64,000 nucleotides of DNA from Scenedesmus sp. PABB004 (GCA_014905635.1 JABVCE010000022.1:620001-684000); one strand, 5' to 3'. Shown: positions 42,703-55,200, counted from the first letter of the stretch. Notes: generated by a model not told the origin, from the letters alone. Translations and numbers: made by a program.

Positions 42703-43630
42703 GGTTGCGGCAAGTTGGCTCGTAATCGCTTACAATTTGAGCCGCCGCTGCCGCCGCACGCACCAGCGGCAGCCTCCGCCCGCCGCCACCTGCCGCAGGG
42801 CTCCGCCCCGATCCTCGAGGGCTATCCCGGCGTGCCGCCGCGTGTCATGTCGGCGCGCGCCCTGCCAGTCTGTCCATCGATGTGACGCGGGCGATTGCCA
42901 ACAACACAACACGTCTCTCGATCCCAAAAACAAAACTTTGCACAGAGCTTTATTTGGTGGCGCGCGCAGGGCACAGGGCGCGGTCGGCCGTGAATTTGGC
43001 CGCCGCGCCGCCGCGCGTCCGCGCGCGCCACAAGAGACTCCAACCGCAGCAGGCGCGGTGCCGCGCCGCCGCTTCTTTAGGGGGAGGGGTGCAATGCTTG
43101 GCTCGCGGCAGCACATGGTGATGGGCTGGGAGTGGCATGACGACGACCGGCCGGCACGGCGCAACGCAAACTTCGCTCGCTCGCTCACTCTCCGACCAGC
43201 CGCACCAGCAGCGGCAGCAAGAAAGCCAGGCGCAGGCCGCGCTGCACGCCGCCGCGCTTGTGTACAGTGGCGCCAGCGCGCAGCCGCGGCGCGCGCGAGG
43301 CGAGGCGGGGCGAGGCAGGCGCCCGGCGCCGCCGCCGCAGGCTGAGCGCGCCAGCGCACTGCGGCGGCGGTGCGCGCCGCCCCATCCCGGCATCCATCCA
43401 GATTGCGTTAGAAGTGGGATTCAGTGCGCCCTCGGCCCTCCCGGGCGGCGCGCCGGCAGGCACATGGCCTGCCCGCCGCCGCCCGCCGGCCCCCACCCAG
43501 CCCGCCCCCGCCCGCCCACCCAGCCCAGACGCGCAACCCAGGCGGCGGTGGCAAAAAAGCAAAGGAAAAAGAGGAGGCAAGTGCGGGCGGCGCGCGCGCG
43601 GCCGCGCGGCCGCGCGGGGGCGGGGCCCGC

Positions 43631-45149
43631 TCACATGCAGGGCACCGCGAGGTCGGCGGCGAGGCCCGCGTGCAGCGCGCCGCCGCCCGCGGCCGCGCGC
43701 ATCGCCTCCTCCGCCGCGCGCCAGGCGTCGAGCTCCTCCTTCTTGGCGAAGCGCCCCTTGATGCGCGGGCGCACCTCCGCGTACGCCTTGCGCGACGCGT
43801 AGCGGATCGTCTTCTCGTAGCGCCGGTTCTTGCGCTTCTCGCGGTACCGTGCGACGCGCTCCGCGCGGCTCAGGCTCTCGCCCGCCGCGTCGCCATACTT
43901 GACCAGCCGCACGCCGCCGGGCGCCGGCGCGGCGGCCGCCGCGGCCGCCGCGCGCGAGCGCGGCGCCGGCGCGGGCGGCGGCGCCGCCACGGGCGCGGGC
44001 GCGACGACGGCCGGCGACGGCGCGGCGTAGTGCGCGGCGGCCGCGGCGTACGCGAGGTGGGCGTAGGTCGAGTCGTAGGGCGCGGCCATGTAGGCCGCCG
44101 GCGCCGCGAGCGCGGCCGGCTGCCAGGCGCCGAGGTGCGGCAGCGTCGGGCTCACGGTCGGCACCATCGCCGGCATGGCCGCGGGTGCGGGCGCCTCGGG
44201 CGCCTCGGCGTTGAGCGGGACCATCGCGGGCACGGCCGCGGGCTCCTCCGCGCGCAGCGGCGCGGGGAGGTCGGGCAGGGTGAAGCCGGGGAAGCTGTCG
44301 TCCTCCCAGCAGGGCACCGCGAGGGCGTCGAGCTCGGCGGCGCTGGGCTCGGGGTCGCTCACGGTCGGCACGAGGCCGTCGCTGGGCGCGTCGCTGAGGA
44401 TGTCGGTGAAGTCAAAGCCCATGTCCAGGCGGTCCAGCCACGTCGCGTCCATCTCGAGGCCCTGGCGGCCGGGCGGACGGACGGGGCGGCGGCAGCGCGT
44501 GAGCGCCGGGGGAGCGCGGACGCCGGAGGAGCGCGGCGGCCGCGGGCCGAGGCGCTGCTGCTGCTGCTGCGGGGTGCGGGCGCGCACCTCGAACTCCTTG
44601 CCAAACACGGTCTTGGTCAGCGCGTCGTTGTCCAGCACGGGCGCCGCCGCCGGCGCAGCCTCGGCCGCGGGCGTGGCGGGCTGCGCGTGGCTCTCGCTCG
44701 CGCTGTCGGCGGCGTGGGGCACGTCCATCGCGGCCTCCTGCGCGCGTGCGCGGGCAGGAGCGCAGGGGGGCCAGGGTCAGGGAGCGCCGCCACTGCGGCC
44801 GCCGGCGGGAACGCGCGCCGACCGACCCCGCTCGCTCAGCGGCGCGCCGCGCGGCGCGCACCTGCTCGGCGGCCGCCTCCGCGGCGGGCACGATGGTGTG
44901 GCGCGCGGCCAGGGGCGTGCTGTGCGCGGTGGCGTTGCAGCCGTTGCAGAGGAAGGCGGCGTCGTTCTTGCAGAACACGGCCGATGGCTTGGCGTGGCAG
45001 AGCTCGCACACGCGCACGCGCGCGTGGCGCCCGGCGAGCGCGTTGGAGCTGTGCACCGTCACGTCGCACGCCTTGCAGAGGAAGGCGTCATCCGCGGCGC
45101 AGAAGAGCAGCGCCGGGCCCGCGCACACGACGCAGGATGGCGCTGCCAT
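43631..45149 (-). CDS. CO: CONSTANS-like B-box/CCT transcription factor; 3 exons
   Basis: Two B-boxes (CVVC...[30 protein letters not shown]...[12 protein letters not shown]) and the CCT domain [42 protein letters not shown]. Confidence 0.93.
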
Positions 45150-45631
45150 GCCGATAGGGCGCGGCGGGGGTCTCCGCGGGGCTCAGGCGACGGTGGTGGG
45201 GCCGCTGCGCCGACTCGGGCGCTGCAGGGCCTCGCGGCGGCGACGGGCGAGGCGCGGCGGGCGTGGTAGCGTCCTGGCCACTCGCTGGGTCGAGGCGCGC
45301 GCGCGGCTCCGGCGTGCCGCTGACAGCGTCCAGGGAGCGTGCTGGGCGCGGGGGAAGCGGCGAGAGTGCGCGCGGCGGACCCGGCGCGCAGCGAAGGCCG
45401 CAATAAGTGCCCACCGCGCTGAGACCGCGTCTCAGCGCCGTAGCCGCTGCCGCCGCCCCCGCGCGCAGTCCCTGGCCAGGAACGAGGGTGGATTGTCGCC
45501 AATAGCGCATGTTGATCTGGCGGCGGCGGCGGCTGGGCGGCACCTGGGGGCTGGCGGCCAAGTGGGGTCAAGCGCAGCCGCAGACAACTTTGCACCTCAC
45601 TCGCAACACGATCCGCTGACCAGGCAGGCGC

Positions 45632-45864
45632 TCAGCGCTTGGGCAGCGGGCCCACCTGCGGCGCCGTCGGTGGAGCGCCGCACGTGTGCGCAACGCGCAC
45701 CACCACCTCGCTGACGCCGAGGTGGTTGGACTCGACCTCCACCTCGCCCTGGCAGCTCGGGCACGAGCACCGCAGGACGGTGCGGCGCAACGGGCCCTCC
45801 TTGACATGGGAGTGCGCCACTATCCAGCCGTCAAACATGCGGCCGATGCCCGGCGGGTGCGCGC

Positions 45865-45896
<32 letters not shown>

Positions 45897-46205
45897 ACCG
45901 CCGCCGCCCACGCCGCCGCCGCCGCCCACGTCGCCCCCGCCGCCGCCGCCTGCTGCGGCTGCAGCAGCCCCGGCGCGGGGGCCCGGGCAGCCCGCCCAGG
46001 TGCGCCGGCACCGGCGCCGGCGTGGGCGGACTGGGCGCGCGCGGCGTGGCGGGGGCGGCAGCTGCTGGCACGCCGCCCGCCTGCTGCGGCGCGCCGCCCG
46101 CCTGCTGCAGGTGCGGCGGCAGCAGCTGCGGCTGCGGCTGTGCGCCGAGATCGAACGCGGGCAGGCCGCTGGGCCAATTGCGCGCCAGAAGCAGCTGCGC
46201 ACCGC
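45632..46205 (-). CDS. Exon encoding a Q/P-rich region and a WRKY/GCM1-like C2HC zinc finger; gene ends unresolved
   Basis: A poly-Q tract precedes FDGWIVAHSHVKEGPLRRTVLRC-SCPS-C-X21-H-T-C. Apparent frameshift near 45980. No clear 5' exon. Confidence 0.45.
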
Positions 46206-46335
46206 CTGAACCGCAGCGCGCCCGGCGCCGGGTTTGCGCACGCCGCCGCCGCGGCGCCCAGCACGGCGCGCTGCGCGCCGCAGGCGAGGCCTTCTCACCG
46301 AGGGCCTCGGCCTGATCGGGAGAACACCCGCGCTG

Positions 46336-46604
46336 GGCGGCCTGGCCAGCTCGCGGCCGGCGGCGGCGGCGCGGGTGCGCCGCGCGCGCAGCGCCGACCG
46401 GCGAGCGGTGGCGGCGGCGGAGGCGGCGGCGCGCGCGGTGCCCCCGCGCCGGCGGGGCGCCGGGGAGTCGGCCCGGCGGGCGCCGGCGGTGCGCGTGAAC
46501 CGCCGGCGTCTGGCGGCGCGGTTCGCGGTGGCGCCCACTGCAGTCTCCGTTGGCCCGCCCGGCTGCTCGAGCGCCCCGGCCGGCTCGGGTGCAGATCGCT
46601 CGCC
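46336..46604. repeat. ~265-bp repeat, left arm (inverted relative to 51557-51817)
   Basis: Shares, in order, the blocks ggcggcctggccagctcg, gcgcgcggtgcccc, ccggggagtc, gcgtgaaccgccggcgt, actgcagtctccgt and cccggctgctcgagcgccc with the reverse complement of the right arm. Confidence 0.9.
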
Positions 46605-46887
46605 TCTCCGGCCCGCCCGCCCTCCCTCGTCCCCGGAGGCCGTGCCGCAGGTGACCGGGGGCAGTACCGCCGCTCAGGAGGCCTGATCGCCGGCATTGCC
46701 GGCCCGCTGCGCGCCCGTGGGCGGCGAATGCGCGGCTCGTAGGCTGGCCGCGCCCGCCCTCGCTCCTGCGCGGGGCATGCGCGCCCTGGATCACGCTCCC
46801 ACACGCACAGCTCCCTGACAGACCCGCCGCGCCGTGTGTGGCCGTGTGCGCCCGCAGGCCGCGCGCTGCCGGGGGGAGCAGCAGCAG

Positions 46888-49800
46888 ATGGCCGACCGGG
46901 GGCGGGGCCGGGGGCCGCCGCGGGGCCTCGACTTCCCGGGGCGGCCGCTGGGGCGCATGCAGGACTTTGGCGGCCGCGCCATGGGCCGTGGTCCTGGACC
47001 GGGCAACCGACGTGAGCGCCGCGCGCGCGGCAGCGGCGCGTGCAGCGCAGGCCGGGCGCGCGCCCGGCACGCGGTCCGCGCCGACGCCGCGCGCCGCCGC
47101 CCGCCCGCCCGCGCGCCGCCGCCGCAGCCCTGGGCAGCCTGCCCCTGCGCAGCAGCAGCGGCGGCCTGGCGGGCATGGCCGGCGGCGCGCTCGGCGCCGC
47201 GCTCGCCGGCGGCGCGGGCGGGGGCGCCGGCGCGTCGGCGGCGGGCGGGCGCGGCGCGGGGCCGGACCACCGCGAGGTGCGCTACGCCGACGGCGTGCTG
47301 GCGATGATCAACGTGCTGCGCCTGCTCACGCTCGGCGGGCCGCGCACGTGGGACGCGGCGCTGCACAAGGCGGTGCGGGCGCGCGGGCGCAAACGTGGCG
47401 GCGCGCGCGCGGCGCGGGCGCCGGGGCGGCGTGGGCGCCGGGGCGGCGGCCGCCAGGGGAGCGCCCCCGCGCGCCGCCTGGCCGCGGCCGACCCGCGCCG
47501 CCGCTCACGCGGCCGCCGCAGGTGGGCATGCAGGTGGCGCCGCGGCCCGCGCCCGGGTGTGCGGGGCGTGAGGTCAACCTGCTGGTCAACCACTTTGCGC
47601 TGGGCCTGCCGCCGGGCGGCGCGGCGGCGGCCGTGTATGCGCTGAACGTGGCGCCCGCCGCCGCGGCGGACGCCGGCGGCGCCGACGACGGGGCGCGGCG
47701 CGTGCCGCGCGCGCTCGCGGCGCGCGCTGTGGCGGCGCTCGCGGCGCAGGCGGGCTGGCCGGCCAGCAGCTGGGTGCTCGTGGGCGACGACCGCCTGGCG
47801 GCGGCGCCGCCGCTGGCGGCGTTGCTGGGCGCCGCGGGCGTGCCGGGCGCGGACGTGGCGCTGGAGCAGCTGGCGCCGGCCGAGGGCGGCGCGCCGCTGT
47901 GCAGTCCCACTGGCGGCGGCGCCTTCACGGTGCGCCTGACGCACCTGGGCAGCCACGACCTGGCCGACCTGCGCGCGGCGGCGGCGGTCGACGCGTCCGG
48001 CAGCCCGCCGCTGCTGGACGGCGTGCGGCTGCTGGAGGCGCTGCTGGTCGCGGCCGCGCTGCAGCCGCCGCCCCCGGGCAGCGCCAGGGCGGCGACGCCG
48101 GCGGCCGCGGCGGGCCCCGCGGCGCCCGGCGCGCCGGCGCCGACGCCGCCGGTGCCCGTCCCCTCGCCGCCCGGCGGCAGCGGGCTCATGGGCCTCGCGG
48201 GCGCGGCGCCGCCGCCCGGCAGCGGCGCCGCGCCGGCGGGGCTGCTCGGCTTTGGCGGCAGCGGCAGCGCGCCGTCCGCGCAGACGCTTGGCGTCGGCTC
48301 GCCCGCGGCCGGCGGCGCGCTGGCCGCGGCGGCGGCGGGCGCGTCGCTGTCGCCGGCCGGCACGCCCGCCCCCGGCGGCGCGAGCGCGGGCGGCGCGCCC
48401 GCGGGCGGCGCGCTGGCGAGCGCGGCGCGCGTGGCGCGTGGCGACGCGGTGTACTGGCACGCGCCGGGCAACGCCGAGCTGCACGCGCCGCTGGGCGGCG
48501 GCGTGGAGGCCTGGCTCGGCGTGCGCCTGTGCGCGGCGGGCGCGCAGGCGGGCCCCGCGGCGGTGGTCGACCTCACCGCGGCGCCGTTCTTCGAGCCCGG
48601 CCCGCTGCCGCGCAGCCTGCCCGCGCTGCTGGGCCGCCCGGGCGGCCTGCTGCCCGGCGGCGAGCCCGGCGCCGACGCGGGCGCGGCCGGCCTCGCGGCG
48701 CTGAGCGAGGGCGAGGCGCGCCGGCTCGCGCAGCTGCTCACGGGCGTGACGGTGGAGGTCGCCCTGCCCGGCCGGCCGCCGCGGCACGCGCGCGTGCGGT
48801 CGCTGTCGCCCGGGGCGCGGGTGACACGTGGCTCACGCTCGACGGCTCGGCGGGGCCCGCGGCGGGGCCGCCCGGCGCGCGGGTCGACGTGGCGTCCTAC
48901 TTTGCCGCCGCGCACGGCGTGGCGCTGTCGGCGCCGCAGCTGCCCTGCCTCGACCTGGCGCGCCCGGGGCAGGCGGACAGCCGCTGGTACCCGCTGGAGC
49001 TGTGCAGGTGGGAGCTTGCTGCCGAGGGGATGGGGGGGGGGGTGGCAGGCAGGCCGCGGCGTGCCGCCGCGCCCGCCCGCAGCGCCCTCTGCTCACCCGC
49101 GCGCGCCGCGCCGCGCCGCGCAGCCTGCCGCCGGGGCAGCGCTACCGGGCGCCGCTGGACGCGGCGCAGCTCGCCGCGCTGGCGCGCCTCGGCGCCAAAA
49201 AGTCGACCGACCGCAAGGCCTGGCTGGAGGCGGTGCTCGCGCCGCTCGCGGCGGCCAGCGCCGGCGGCGGCGGCGGCGCCGCACCCGACGCGCCGGCGGC
49301 GCTGCTCGGGCAGGGCCCCGACGCGGCGGCGGCAGGCGCGGCGCCGGCGTCGCCCGGAGGCGGCGGCGGCGCGCCGAGCCCGCTCGCGGTCGCGGGCGTG
49401 GAGGTGGCGGGCGGGCTCGGCATCGTGCGCGGGCGCGTGCTGCCCGCGCCGCACCTCGCGTACGCGACGCCCGAGTGCTGCTACCCGGGCAGCCAGGGGC
49501 AGTGGAACGTCAAGACGCCCTGCCGCCTGCCCGGCTGCGCGCGCGTGTCGAGCTGGGCGCTGGTCGTGCTGCTGCCGCAGGCGTCGGTCGACGTGGAGGG
49601 CCCGTCGGGGGTGCTGCCCTTCCTGGCCGACCTGCTCGCCAGCCTCGGCGCGCTGGGGATCGACGCCGCGCTGCCGCCGATCGTGTACGAGCAGCCGGGG
49701 CGCAGCGTGCTGCAGCACCTGCGCGCCGGCGTCGACGCCGCGCAGAAGCACTTTGGCGCCAGGTGCGGGGCGGCGCGGCGCGCGCGCGAGGCCTCGCAGC

Positions 49801-51513
49801 GGCGCGCGGCGGCCGCGGCCGCGGTCGGCGCCGCGCTGACGCGCCCCTGCCGCCGCGCTGACGCGCCCCCGCCGCCGCACCCGCGCCCGGCCAGCGCGGA
49901 GCTGCTCCTGGTGATGCTGCCGGCGCGCAGCCCCGCGCTGTACCAGGAGGTCAAGCTCGCCAGCGACGGCGTGCTGGGGCTGCCCAGCCAGGTGCTCGTC
50001 GCGCCCGTGGCGGGCGTGGGCCGCGGCGCGGTGCCGCGCGGGCGGCTGCAGTACTGCGCCAACCTGGGGCTCAAGGTGCGGCGCGCGCGGCGGTGGCGGC
50101 GGTGGCGGCGCCAGCGGCTGCAGCGGCCCCGCCGCGCGCCGCGCCTCGCACTGCGGCTGCGCGGGGGACTGCGGCGGGCGGGCGGGCTGCGGCGCGTCAC
50201 GCGCGTGCGCGGCGCCTGACACACGTGTGCACGCCGCCTGCGTCGACGTCTGCGTGCCGCAGATCAACGCCAAGCTGGGCGGCATCAACATGCGCCTCGC
50301 GGGCAACCCCGACCAGGTCATCCCCGTCGTCGGCGGCCGGCCGTTCATCCTGGTCGGCGTCGCGCTCGCGCCGCCGCCGCTCAACGCGCCGCCCGGCACG
50401 CCCGCGGTCGCGGCGGTCGTCGCGAGCCGGGACCGCAGCCTCGGGCGCTACAGCAGCCGCGTGCTGCTGCAGCCCGGCGGCGGCGGCGGCGGCGCGGCCG
50501 TGGCGGGGCTGCGCGGCGCGGCCAAGGAGCTGCTCATCGACTTTTACCGCTCCAACGGCGGCCGCAAGCCCGAGGCGCTCATCGTGTACCGCGCGGCGCC
50601 CCGCGGCGGCGTGGACGCGTCGCTGCTGGCCGCCGAGTACGAGGCGCTGCGCGGGTGAGCCGCGCGGCGCGCGCGGGCGGGATAGGGGCGAGCGGCGGCG
50701 CGCGCGGCGGCGGGCGCTGCCAGCCAGCCCTCGGCGCGCGCGCCGGTCCCACGCGCGCCGGTCCCGCGCGCCGCCGCCGCGCCCCTTGACCCCCCGCCGC
50801 CGTTGCCGCAGCGCGTGCGTGGACCTGGAGGAGGGGTACTGCCCGCCCATCACGTTTGTGGGCGTCACGCGCGCGCACGGCACGCGGCTCTTCCCCGCCG
50901 ACCGGGACAACCAGGACAAGGCGGGCAACTGCCTGCCCGGCACGGTCGTGGACAGCGGCATCTGCCACCCCACGCAGTTTGACTTTTACCTCAACAGCCA
51001 CGCCGGCCTGCAGGGCCACAACAAGCCCGCGCACTACCACGTGCTGGTCGACGAGAACGGCTTCAGCGCCGACGGCCTCCAGCTGCTGACCTACTGGCTC
51101 TGCTACCTCTACTGCCGCTGCACGCGGTGCGCGCGCACGCACCCGCCACCGCCGCGGCGCCGGCGGGGAGCGCGGCGGCCGCAGCGCCCCGGCCGCCCGC
51201 GCGCGCGCGACCCCACGCGGCCACGTGCCGCCCCGCACGCGGTCGCAGGTCTGTGTCGGTCGTGCCGCCCGCGTACTACGCGCAGCTCGCGGCCGAGCGC
51301 GGCCGCCTCATCGCGACGGGGCGCGACCGCCTGTCCGGCGAGGACGCCGCGGCCGCGGCGGCAGCGGCGGGCGCGGCGGCGGTCGAGGCCGCGGCGGCGG
51401 GCGACGACGGCGGCGCCGCCGCCACCAACGGCCTCGAGCCGGGCGGCGAGGGCGAGCTCGAGCTCGAGCTGCGCGTGCACGCGCGCCTCGGCGGCAGCAT
51501 GTATTACGTCTGA
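46888..51513 (+). CDS. Divergent Argonaute (AGO-A), predicted slicer-dead
   Basis: MADRGRGRG start, LLVNHF (N domain), PAZ end VDVASYF...LPCLD...WYPLELC, GQWN, MID YQEVK...SQV...[14 protein letters not shown] and [39 protein letters not shown]. Catalytic positions are altered. 1-nt frameshift at ~48812. Confidence 0.88.
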
Positions 51514-51556
51514 GCACGGGCTGCACAGCCCGCGATCGGGCGGTAACTCGGACGCT

Positions 51557-51817
51557 GGCGAGGCGATCTGCGCGCGACGCGCAGCCGGCCGGGCGCTCGA
51601 GCAGCCGGGCGGCGGGCCACGGAGACTGCAGTCGGCGCCACTTCGAACCGAGCCGCCAAACGCCGGCGGTTCACGCGTGCCTCGGTCGCCGCCCGCCGGG
51701 CTGACTCCCCGGCGGCCCGCCGGCGCGGGGCACCGCGCGCGCCGCCGCCGCCGCCGCTGTGCTGCGCGCGCTGCGCGACCGCGCCGCCGCCGCGGGCCAC
51801 GAGCTGGCCAGGCCGCC
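51557..51817. repeat. ~260-bp repeat, right arm (inverted copy of 46336-46604)
   Basis: Its reverse complement aligns by eye along the length of the left arm, with small indels. Confidence 0.9.
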
Positions 51818-52223
51818 GCCGAGCGGTGACCCTGGCAGCAGGCGGCGCGTCCCATGCCCGCTCCGCGCGCCGCGCTGGCACGCGTGGCTGCGCGCGGGCG
51901 GCAGCGGACACTGAGCGGCGCCGCACCAGACGCGGCGCGTCCCTGGCGCAAGCGCGTTTGCGGACGGCCGGCGGTGACCAGGGAAACCGCAGGGGCGGGC
52001 TGTCGCGCGCCCACGCGCGCCACCGTCCCGTTCCGCAGGGCTCTCCGCGCTCGCGCGCCCGCTCGGTGGCGGGCGCGCCCGGCGCGCCTCGGCGGCACGC
52101 ACGCGGCGCAGCGGCATCGCACAGCCCACACTGAGGCGCCGCCGGCACGCCGCGCGCGCGCATGTGAGGCGCCGGCCCCCCGACCCGTCGCGCCGGCGCG
52201 AGCAGGCGGGACCTACGCGCAGG

Positions 52224-55200
52224 ATGGACCGCGGGCGCGGCCGCGGCGGCTACGGCGGCGGCCCGGGGCGCGGCGAGGGCGGTGCGCGGCGCGCTCGCGC
52301 GGGGCGCATCCCGCTCGCCTCTCCGTGGCACGGAGGGGCGTGGGCCGTCCCAGGCCGGCGCTGCCGCGCCCCGACCGTGCCCCGAGACGGCCCAGGCGGC
52401 GCGCGCGCGTCGCGGCGGCCCGCGCGCCCCGATCTCGGCGCTGAGCAGCGGCGCCGCCGCTGCTGTCGCGCGCAGGCTACGGCGGTGGCTACGGCGGCCC
52501 GCCCGGCGGCCGCGGCGGTGGCAGAGGTGAGCGAGGCGCCTGGGACGGGGACGCGCAGCGCCGTGGCGCGGCGGGCAGGGGCGAACTGGCGCGCGGCGCG
52601 CGGCGCGCCGCTCAGCAGCAAGCTGGCGCCCGCGCGGCGCGCCCCGCGCGCAGGCTACGAGGGCGGCGGCGGCCGCGGCGGCTACGGCGGCAGCGGCGGC
52701 GGCGGCTACGAGGGCGGCGGGGGCCGCGGCGGCGGCTACGAGGGCGGCCGCGGCGGCGGCTACGAGGGCGGCGGGGCCGCGGCGGCGGCTACGAGGGCGG
52801 CGGGGGCGCGGCGGCGGCTACGAGGGCGGCCGCGGCGGCGGCTACGAGGGCGGCGGGGGCCGCGGCGGCGGCTACGAGGGCGGCGGCGGCCGCGGCGGCG
52901 GCGGCTACGGCGGCGGCGGCCGCGGCGGAGGTGCGGCGCGCGGCAGAGCCGGTGGCGGTGGCGGCGGCGGCGGCGGCGACGGCGCGGGGGCGGCCGCGCC
53001 AGGCCGCTGCGCCCGGCCCCACGCTGCGCCCGCCGCCCCCGCTCCCCCCTGCGCGCACAGGCGGCTACGAGGGCGGCCGCGGCGGTGAGCGGCCGCAGCG
53101 CGCTGCGGGGCCCGCCAGCTTGCCGCCAGCCTGCCTGGCGCGGCCAGAGCCGCCGACCCGCGCTGGCCCGCTGCCACCCCCTCCTCTCTCTCCCCCCCTC
53201 CGCAGGCGGCGGCTACGGCGGCGGCGGCGGCGGCGACTATGGTGGCGGCCGGGGCGGCGGCGGCCGCGGCGACTTTGGCGGCGGCGGCCGGGGCGGCGGG
53301 CGCGACTTTGGCGGCGGCGGCCGGGGCGGCGGGCGCGACTTTGGCGGCGGCGGCCGCGGCGGCGGGCGCGACTTTGGCGGCGGCCGCGGCCGCGGCGGCG
53401 GCCGCGTGTCGGGCGGCGACATGCAGCTGCCCCTCGACCGCGCGCTGTCGGAGCTCTCGGCCGCGTTCTCGCGCGTCAGCGTGCGCGGCCCCGAGGTCGT
53501 GCGCTGCGCGCGCGGCAGCGTCGTGCCGACGCGCGCGCTGCGCTCGCGCGCGGGCGGCGAGGGCACCGCGGGCACGTCCATCGCGGTGCGCGCCAACCAC
53601 TTTTCGCTGAGCCTCAACGCCAGCCAGGCCTTCCACTACGACGTCAGCATCGACCGCCTGCTCAGCGAGGAGGAGGCGGCGCGCGCCTCGCGCCGCAAGG
53701 CGCCCGCGCGCGCGGGTGAGGCCCGCCGGCCTGGCGTCCGTGGGAGGGGGGGGGGCGCACGCCCCGAGGGGCGCGCAGGCCCGCCTGCGGCGCGCGCCGA
53801 GCCGCGCCCCGCCGCCCCGCCCCGCGCCGGCCGCCGCCGCGGCGCGCCCCGCAGGCCCCGACCGCGGGCTGCCGCGCCCGATGGTGCGGCGCGTGCTGCT
53901 CGCGCTGAGCGCGCAGGAGGGCTGGGGCAGCGTCGGGTGGGCGAGCGACTGGGGCAAGAACATCTACGCGCCGTCCGCCTTCCTCGGCGTCGGCGGCGGC
54001 GAGCCGCGGCTCTACACCGTGCGCACCCAGTTCACCGCGCCCGACGGCAGCGCCGTGGACAAGACCTGGACGGTCGCGATCAAGTACGCCGCGACGGTCG
54101 ACCTCAGCGCGCTGTCCGCCTACATGGCCGGCACCGAGGCGGACGAGGAGATGCCGCGCGCGGCCATCCAGGTGCTCGAGGTCGTCATGCGCTCCGGCGT
54201 CAGCGGTGAGACCCACACCCGCGCCGCGCGCGCAGCGCGGCGCGCCGGCCGCCTCGCCGCCGGGCCTGCGCAGGCGCCGACGCCCGCCCGCTGCCCGCCC
54301 GCCTCGCGCCCGCCGCGCGCGCCGCGCGGTGCGCTGCAGCGCGTGAGAACGCGCTGGTGATCGGGTCGAGCGTGTTCTTCCACGTCCCGCGCGACCCCAA
54401 CCTCTACATGGCCCTCCCCGGCGGCGCCGAGGCGTGGGCGGGGTACCGCCAGGCGGTCAAGCCGTGCCAGGGCGGGCTGACGCTCAACATCGACCTCGCC
54501 GCGACCGCCTTTCTCACCAGCGGCCCGCTCCTGCGCGTCATCTGCAGCGTGCTCAACCTGCGCAACCCCGGCGAGCTCATCGGCCCGCAAGGCCTGCCGC
54601 CGCGCGCGATGCGCCAGCTCAAGGAGACCGTGCGCGGCGTGCGGGTGCGCCCCGCGCGCGCCCGTTCCTGCGCGCCCGCTCGAGCCCCTCGCGCCCGCGC
54701 GCCCGTGCTGCGCGCCGGTGCTGCCGCCGCCGACGCGGCGCCGCCTGCCCGCCGCGGTCAGGTCGCGTACCACTGCCCCACGGGCGTCATCCGCAACAAG
54801 CTCGTGCGCGAGATCGGCAGCCGCGGCGCGGCGCAGACGATGTTCAAGCTCGACGACGGCCGCGAGGTGCCGCGCGCGCCGCGCCGCTCGCAGCGCGCCC
54901 CCCGCTCACGCGCGCCCCCGTCCGCGCACCGCCCGCGCCGCCGCAGGTGAGCGTGGCGGCCTACTTTTCTGTCACGTACAAGCTGCAGCTCCAGTTCCCC
55001 GGCCTGCCCCCGCTCAACGTGTCGAGCCAGCCCGGGCGCAAGGTCTGGGTGCCCATGGAGCTCTGCCAGTGAGGCGGCGCGCGCGCGGCGGCGGGAGGCG
55101 CGGCGCGGCGGGAGGGCTGCGGCGGCCGGGCGACGCGCGCGCGGCGGCGCGGCCGTGCGGGCGGGCGCCGCCGCGCCGCGCCGACGCCGCCGCGCGCGCC

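Noticed and set aside
51635..51675. tRNA gene or B-box (GGTTCGAA on the minus strand) inside the right inverted arm
   Set aside because: No cloverleaf or clear A-box, and the left arm has GGTTCGCG. Insufficient support for a tRNA or SINE call.
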